A stretch of DNA of 63,967 nt, the filler included, from Collodictyon triciliatum (lineage: Eukaryota): assembly GCA_043381765.1 (NCBI GenBank). It is 8 parts of 8 records of this genome, joined end to end, with 100 filler letters (N's around TTAATTAATTAA, not from the genome) between each part and the next. Parts side by side here need not be neighbours in the genome. Positions count along the whole stretch, not along the records: positions 55,225 to 62,818 come from JBHJMP010003175.1; positions 62,919 to 63,967 come from JBHJMP010003339.1; 6 more parts are not named here. One strand, 5' to 3'. Position numbers and translations under genes: made by a program. The notes beneath the pieces are model-generated. The model was not told the DNA's origin, did no database searches, and saw nothing but the letters and a program-made list of their open reading frames with translations. Shown piece by piece: positions 58,301-63,967 of the stretch (positions are counted from its first letter, which is position 1; each line of letters begins with the position of its first letter).

Positions 58301-61300
58301 AGTAATTTCATAGCGAGTATATTTACCATTATACTACAAATTGTAAGCTGCACGGTGTCTTCATCATCTTGTGTTTCTCTCATTACATCACGTATATTAG
58401 CCAATTCATCAGGGGTCGAAGGAATCTTTTTTTAAAAAAATTACTGTCGTGCAAACATGTATTACACTGATTAAAATTTCCGTCGTGAGATATATAAAGT
58501 GGACGTATGTAACCCAGTAAGGGTACTTGTTTGATGCGAGCCAGAGCAGAGTCAAGCTTATCTTTAATAACAGTCATTTGTTCCACTGAAATCCTGTGAA
58601 CACAATCAACACATATCTGAAAAAAATTGACTTTAAAAATGGTACTAATTTTAAGGAACATCAGAGAACAGTACGTATAGTAGGCGACAATATAAAAAAC
58701 CTTTTTCAACAATTGACTTGTTTCGATGATTCTGCTCTGGAATCCTAGTATATCTATCGCAAATATGTTTATAGATATGTCGTCTGCAAGGTTCTCTTTA
58801 ACTGATTCAATCAAAAGGCGAAATTTTTTGACTTCAGACTGAAAATTCGCCAAGGTTTTCTAAATGTGAAGACGTTTAGAATGAAATACATGTAATCTAT
58901 GAGTCTAAATATGTCATATGATACTATTTATTCAGTTTGTGAAGAGACAAACCCCTTCCCCACTCATTGTCACAGTATATTTTTCTGGATTGATGCCTAA
59001 AAGTTTTTCGTACTCTGGAAAATATGTAATCAACTCATTCGGAGAGACCACTAATTCATCTATGGTGCAGTTTTCATTACAGTTAAAAGCATATAAGAAC
59101 AAAATGAAAAGAACTCTTGACTTAAATATGAAGAAAATCGGTAAGAATTTTCGTCATGAGCCCTATAATTGACAAACTTATCGCCATAGATAGTTTCTCT
59201 AGAGGTACTGTTATATCCTTTTCGTCCGGATTGCAAATTTTCATGAACCGAGGGAATTCAATATCGAATTTCAGGGAAGGACAATTCATGAACGGTATTT
59301 TCTGCTCACATGAAAAATTGTGTCATCAGTATGAATTGCAAATGTGGGCTCTTAGTACATTTGCCTCGCACATCCAAAATTGAGCCATAGCATCTTCAAC
59401 TTCAAAGAATTGTGTTTGATAGATTTTTACCTGAGACAGCTGGACAACCTCATCTGCTAGCTTCTTAACTGTCTCGATAACAAAAGATATTGGGGGGTCA
59501 TAGCGTAATTTCCCCTCGTCTAATGTAATCTTCAATCTGAAGTAAACAGCTGTAGTTGATGTGATGAGCTACGAGAAAGGAAGTTGTTGGAATGAAGTCC
59601 TCAACATTTCGAGCTTAAGTCATAAACAAAAAAAAAACCATATTTTGTGTGTTATCGCGTAAAACTTAAATGTGTGCGATGGTAAAACTGAAAATCATAA
59701 GCGCATATTGTGGCAAAATTCATGTAATTTCTTTTTAGTTCGCTATATGAAGCAAGAACCTGTGGTTCTTTAGCTATTCTCTCAGTCGCAAGGTACTTGT
59801 GAAATTGATTTGCAAATGTATTGAGCGTCTCCAGTAACTTAACACGAAGTAAAGACTGCAAAAGCTATTGAAAATGTATAGAGAGCCGATTATGGTAGTT
59901 TTATAGCTCTTCCGTTTCATAGAATAAACCATACAATATTTCACAACAATCATTGAGTGCATAATTTCCGTCGAAAGGACACCTGGTTGATCATTTTGAT
60001 AAATCGAATATAGCGCTCGTCCTCCTTCTTGTTTCCCTCTTCCACGTAACATGCAGTTATTATGCCGATAATATTTGCTTGCAATCTAAACCATTTTCAA
60101 TATTGGAGCGGTCATGAAATGAGCATTATGTTCTTGCTAAGGAAAATAAAAAAATTGAAGTTGGGATAAATGCTCAACAATGTCCTTACATTTGTCTGAT
60201 TTCACTAAATATTTTTCGAACACGGAATAATTGCAAAGATTCGTATTCTACCGGAGATATCATGTAACACTCGGGTAGTATTTCCTATGGAAAAAAGGTA
60301 TCTTTAGTTTAATGGGGAAACTACTTGCTTGGTTGGGTAAGCTCACAAGTTCCATGAGATTTTGCAGCTGCTCATTAATGATTATCAAAGCTTCGTGTAT
60401 TCGGTGATTTCCTGTGGAAAGTGGACGAAAATAAGGTGTATTTTACAAAAAAAAAAAAAAAAAAAAAAAAAAAATCGTCTTTTTTTGGTCTTTTTAAAAA
60501 AAAATTGGCAGTTTCGATTTCTCCGCTTCAGCTGGCGATGTTAATCCGAGTGTTCTTGTATCTACAAACCAACTAGAAGTATCCTTTGAATCTCATGCAA
60601 TCGGGCTTTAAATGGATACTTTCCAACAGAGAACATACCATCTTCTAGCAAAGGAGATCTAGAATGAAATGATATGAAAAAAGTAATTCTGCATATATTT
60701 TCCTACGTATTTTAGTCATATGTGACTTTTTCCATGGGGCTCCAAAACAAAATGGAATACTCAAAATTATATGATGCATTCTTTTAAAAGGGAATCAAGC
60801 TACAGTATGCATATCCATTTGATATGAAATTCAATTAAAGAGAATTTTTGTGAATTTACGCAGATTTTGGTCTCAATTGGTTTAGAAGCAATCCCGTAAC
60901 TACAGGTATGGACTCTTGCGGAGGGAGTTTCATATCAAATTCAAACTTGAGATAAGTTCGACGATAATCGTGTAGAACCTGGTATATTAAAATGATTTGT
61001 CAAGCTGATAGGCGATAAAAAGAGAAATCATGTAAAGCGCGTTTAACTCTCCGATATTTTCGCTCTACAATTGAAGCTTCGCATGGTTAGAGAAAAAAAC
61101 CTCGTCAAAAAGCAACTGGACGTTGCCTTCCATGTCCCCTATCGGAAATCCAATCCGCTCAATAATATTTTGGACTTGAACATCACTAATATTGTGACGT
61201 TCGTCGACTGGCAATCTATCTAATCGGTACCTATATCTCTGAATCAAGTGGATTATGTCAATACAAATAAAAAAAAATCCTAACCAACTTCAATTGTTTC

Positions 61301-62325
61301 AAAATAGGCTTCAAATTATTTTTTTGAATAAATGAATTATACAGCATAATAAGAAACTAGCTTTGTAAAAAGAATTCGATGGCAATTGCTGGTAACTCTG
61401 ATGAGGAAATTTTCAATTTTGACTTACAACTTCAGCCTCCACTGCAAATCGGTGGTTAATAGCAGCCTGCAATCTTTTAAGAAACCTTTCCTTGTCCTCG
61501 TCCTTAAAGATAAGATTCAAGCTAGTGTATACAGACAACCAATTAAAAAGGTTTAAGGGCATAGGCATTAGAACAGGGCGACGCAGAATCATTTTGAAAA
61601 GAAAGAAAAAAAAAAGGACTAATGTATTTCGAGTCAAAATAGGATGTATGTGGAGTTTTACCGCGCCACATTTTTCAGCTTCTTGGAGATCTCCCACTCA
61701 ATCAGGAAGTGTCTCTCTTTCCGGTCATAGCCTAAAACTCTACATGCCTCCCAGGTCCAGGAGCCATCAACTCGAAAATATTTAGAGTATGCTCTCAACC
61801 CATCCTGAAAGGTAAGTATGACCAATAAGACTTTGATTGAATAAATCAAATTTGAATCGTGTCAAATGAGTGTATATATGGTCAAAAATATGTATCGAGT
61901 TCAATTTCAGTCAGTCTACCGGCCCGGCGTGCGCTATCCATTCTTCTGGGGAATATTTCTCCATTTCAGCGTCATCAAATTCCTCCAATGGGTAAAATCC
62001 GAAAGGAATCGGTTTGCCGTGGTCAAAAGGGGCTGGGAGTCCTCTGGAGTCCAAAGCAAGGCGATACCTTTCGTTTTTTTTTTTTTTTAATTTTGTTTAA
62101 TTTTTTGGGTTTTCAGAGAAAAATAAGTATCATAGGTATGTTGGCAATAATTATGGAGGGCTTTGTAATTAGAATGATTGCAGGTAAGAAAAAGCACTTG
62201 GATGGTGAAAGAACTTGGGGAAGTTCCTCATTTCGTTCAATACTCGCCCCCACCAATGATGCTGTGGTCTGAAGAGAGAGGGATGACTGCACTAGGGGAT
62301 TTTCATATACTGTATCATCTGCCAT
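55342..62325 (-). CDS. Axonemal inner-arm dynein heavy chain (DNAH1-like), N-terminal tail to DHC_N2; 3' partial
   Basis: Exons: FDDAEMEKYSPEEWI, WEACRVLGYD....FLIEW, RLNLIFKDED, FDPLYQLWITAFEW...W...PF, LRHPGMRTRHWETLS, EWQRRL......LDDWMTCQRHWIYLHPIFLTEDLNRQMPTE.RRF..VD..WKKIM. The gene is cut by the contig end before the AAA ring. Confidence 0.9.
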
Positions 62326-63258
62326 GTGGAAAATTTTGATAGGATTATTTGTATATTAAAGAAATTAATATTATACGTGCTTGTACATATCAAACGCGAA
62401 TCGAAACATGAATCTATCACTTTATCTCTTTAAAATTTAACTAAGCGGGTTAGAGCAGGCTTCGGTCATTTTTTATGCGGATGGTTCAAGACAATTTTAA
62501 CACAGACTGAATGAGTTTCCAGATCGACTGTAGTCTCCGAGAGCGCTTTGAGAACGGAGAGGCTCCTTGTTGATCTTAGATTCGATCTCAGGTGGCAGGA
62601 ATCCCAAGGATGATTGGTTTCGGATGGGGACGCCTGCAAACTGTGTATTTTGGTTAAATATTGGTTGGATTGATTCATTTTTATCAAGAAGCTTTTGGAG
62701 CTTCGATGAGGTAGAAAAAATATCGAAATAGAAGAAACAACAAAAAAAAAAAAAAAAAAAAGCGGAGAACCTAACGAAAAAGGGAACAACATTAGAAAAA
62801 AAAATGGTAAGGAAGCAANNNNNNNNNNNNNNNNNNNNNNNNNNNNNNNNNNNNNNNNNNNNTTAATTAATTAANNNNNNNNNNNNNNNNNNNNNNNNNN
62901 NNNNNNNNNNNNNNNNNNAAAAGAAAAAAGAAAAAAGAAAAAAGAAAAAAGGAAAAAGAAAAAAGAAAAAGAAAAAAAGAAAAAAAGAAAAAAAGAAAAA
63001 AAGAAAAAAAGAAAAAAAGAAAAAAAGAAAAAACAGCCGGCCGTCAAACAACGTGCATCCACTGCAGCACTCTATACGAAACCCCCAATAAACACGCAAT
63101 TAAGAAAACGAGCATATTTTCCACCACCCTATCACAAACATACATTTTTTTCTTCATATTTATTGCAGTCGGATTTTTTCCCTTTTCCACATGGCCATGT
63201 TTGAGGGACAGAGAGCCCACGAAGCGCGAAGCAGGCAGCAGTCATGCGGTAAGTCGAC

Positions 63259-63869
63259 TTAGTCCCAAACAGATGAGCTGCGCCCACTGCGAGTTTGCTT
63301 CAGCTTTGAGCGATGCTTCTTTTCATCCAGACGACGTCTTTTTTCGTGCTCTGGGACTTTGGTGGGGACTCTGATTTTGTCTGGAATTAAGGCATCTTGA
63401 ATCATCTCATTCAGCCGGTCGAGACATTCTTCGAGATTGGCGCTCTGCTGTCGGTGTTGTTGGCTCGTGATTACAAGCTGATCGCTCTGATTGATGCGGT
63501 GGGCCTGGCGCTTTCGAAGCCGCTCAAGTACGTCGTCTGGAATCCAGCCCACCTCAGGCAGATTTAGTCTAATCTGTAGAGGTGAAGCTGGTGATGTATC
63601 AAAGATATTTTGTAGATATGAATGAGGCTTGTGGGATTGGCCATAAAATCTTCCCCTTTACTTTTTCTTTTTCAACACTCTCAAGTTCTCTCTCAACCAG
63701 AGACATGATTTGAGACAATACCTCAATCTTTGTTTCAACTTTGTTGACATTTTGGCCTCCAGGACCGCTTGCTCGACTAGTTCGAACCTCTACATCGTCT
63801 CTCCTCAGCTGTCTAAGTTGCTTGAGTGGCGCATCAGAATCATCAATTTCCTTTGCAAGAGTAAGGGAT
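63259..63869 (-). CDS. ICT1/ArfB-type peptidyl-tRNA hydrolase (codon-independent release factor); 5' partial
   Basis: Exon 63722-63869 reads ...VEVRTSRASGPGGQNVNKVETKIE. Exon 63259-63573 reads IRLNLPEVGWIP...RINQSDQLVITSQQHRQQSANLEECLDRL...RRRLDEKKHRSKLKQTR. GGQ motif plus basic C-terminal tail. Confidence 0.92.
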
Positions 63870-63967
63870 CTGCATATGCTCTATTATTGAAGGGGGGGGG
63901 GGGGAAAAAAAAAAGGAAAAAGACAAAAAGACAAAACCAAAACTCAAAAATAAAAAAAGAGCCAACC

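Noticed and set aside
60579-60588. GTATCCTTT U12-type donor, and GTATCCTC on the minus strand near 36485
   Set aside because: The first is antisense within a dynein exon. The second has no supported gene model or U12 branch site.
53359-62325. Apparent motor-less dynein tail fused to a UBX domain (same strand, spliceable in frame)
   Set aside because: The two halves are separated by an artificial spacer (55125-55224). They are truncated genes from different contigs.

Overview
Fragmented draft genome of an AT-rich, intron-dense, microsatellite-rich flagellated eukaryote (protist-like; standard genetic code; GT-AG introns plus one GC-AG). The window is not one locus. Seven artificial 100-nt spacers (44 N + TTAATTAATTAA + 44 N) join eight unrelated pieces, most about 9.1 kb. 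I spliced most genes by hand: a giant coiled-coil protein (5' partial), ZMYND12, an axonemal-dynein-light-chain-domain/EF-hand protein, a WD40 protein, a METTL22-like methyltransferase, a small acidic protein, an MFS sugar porter, two NHL beta-propeller proteins, an orphan multi-TM protein, a SAXO/TEX45-like repeat protein, the 3' half of a FAF/UBX protein, the 5' part of a DNAH1-like dynein heavy chain and an ICT1/ArfB-type peptidyl-tRNA hydrolase. The standout is an intronless 2215-aa NLR-like protein (helical - NACHT - pentapeptide - WD40 - 10x Sel1). Its first 108 aa end in a ubiquitin-like LRLLGG, followed directly by a cryptic myristoylation/palmitoylation motif (GSSCS). This suggests a cleave-then-lipidate membrane-targeting system for a protist immune-type receptor. 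Unexplained non-coding structure lies at 7669-7875 (long inverted repeat) and 8815-9035 (array of 7-bp hairpins, two related by a compensatory change).
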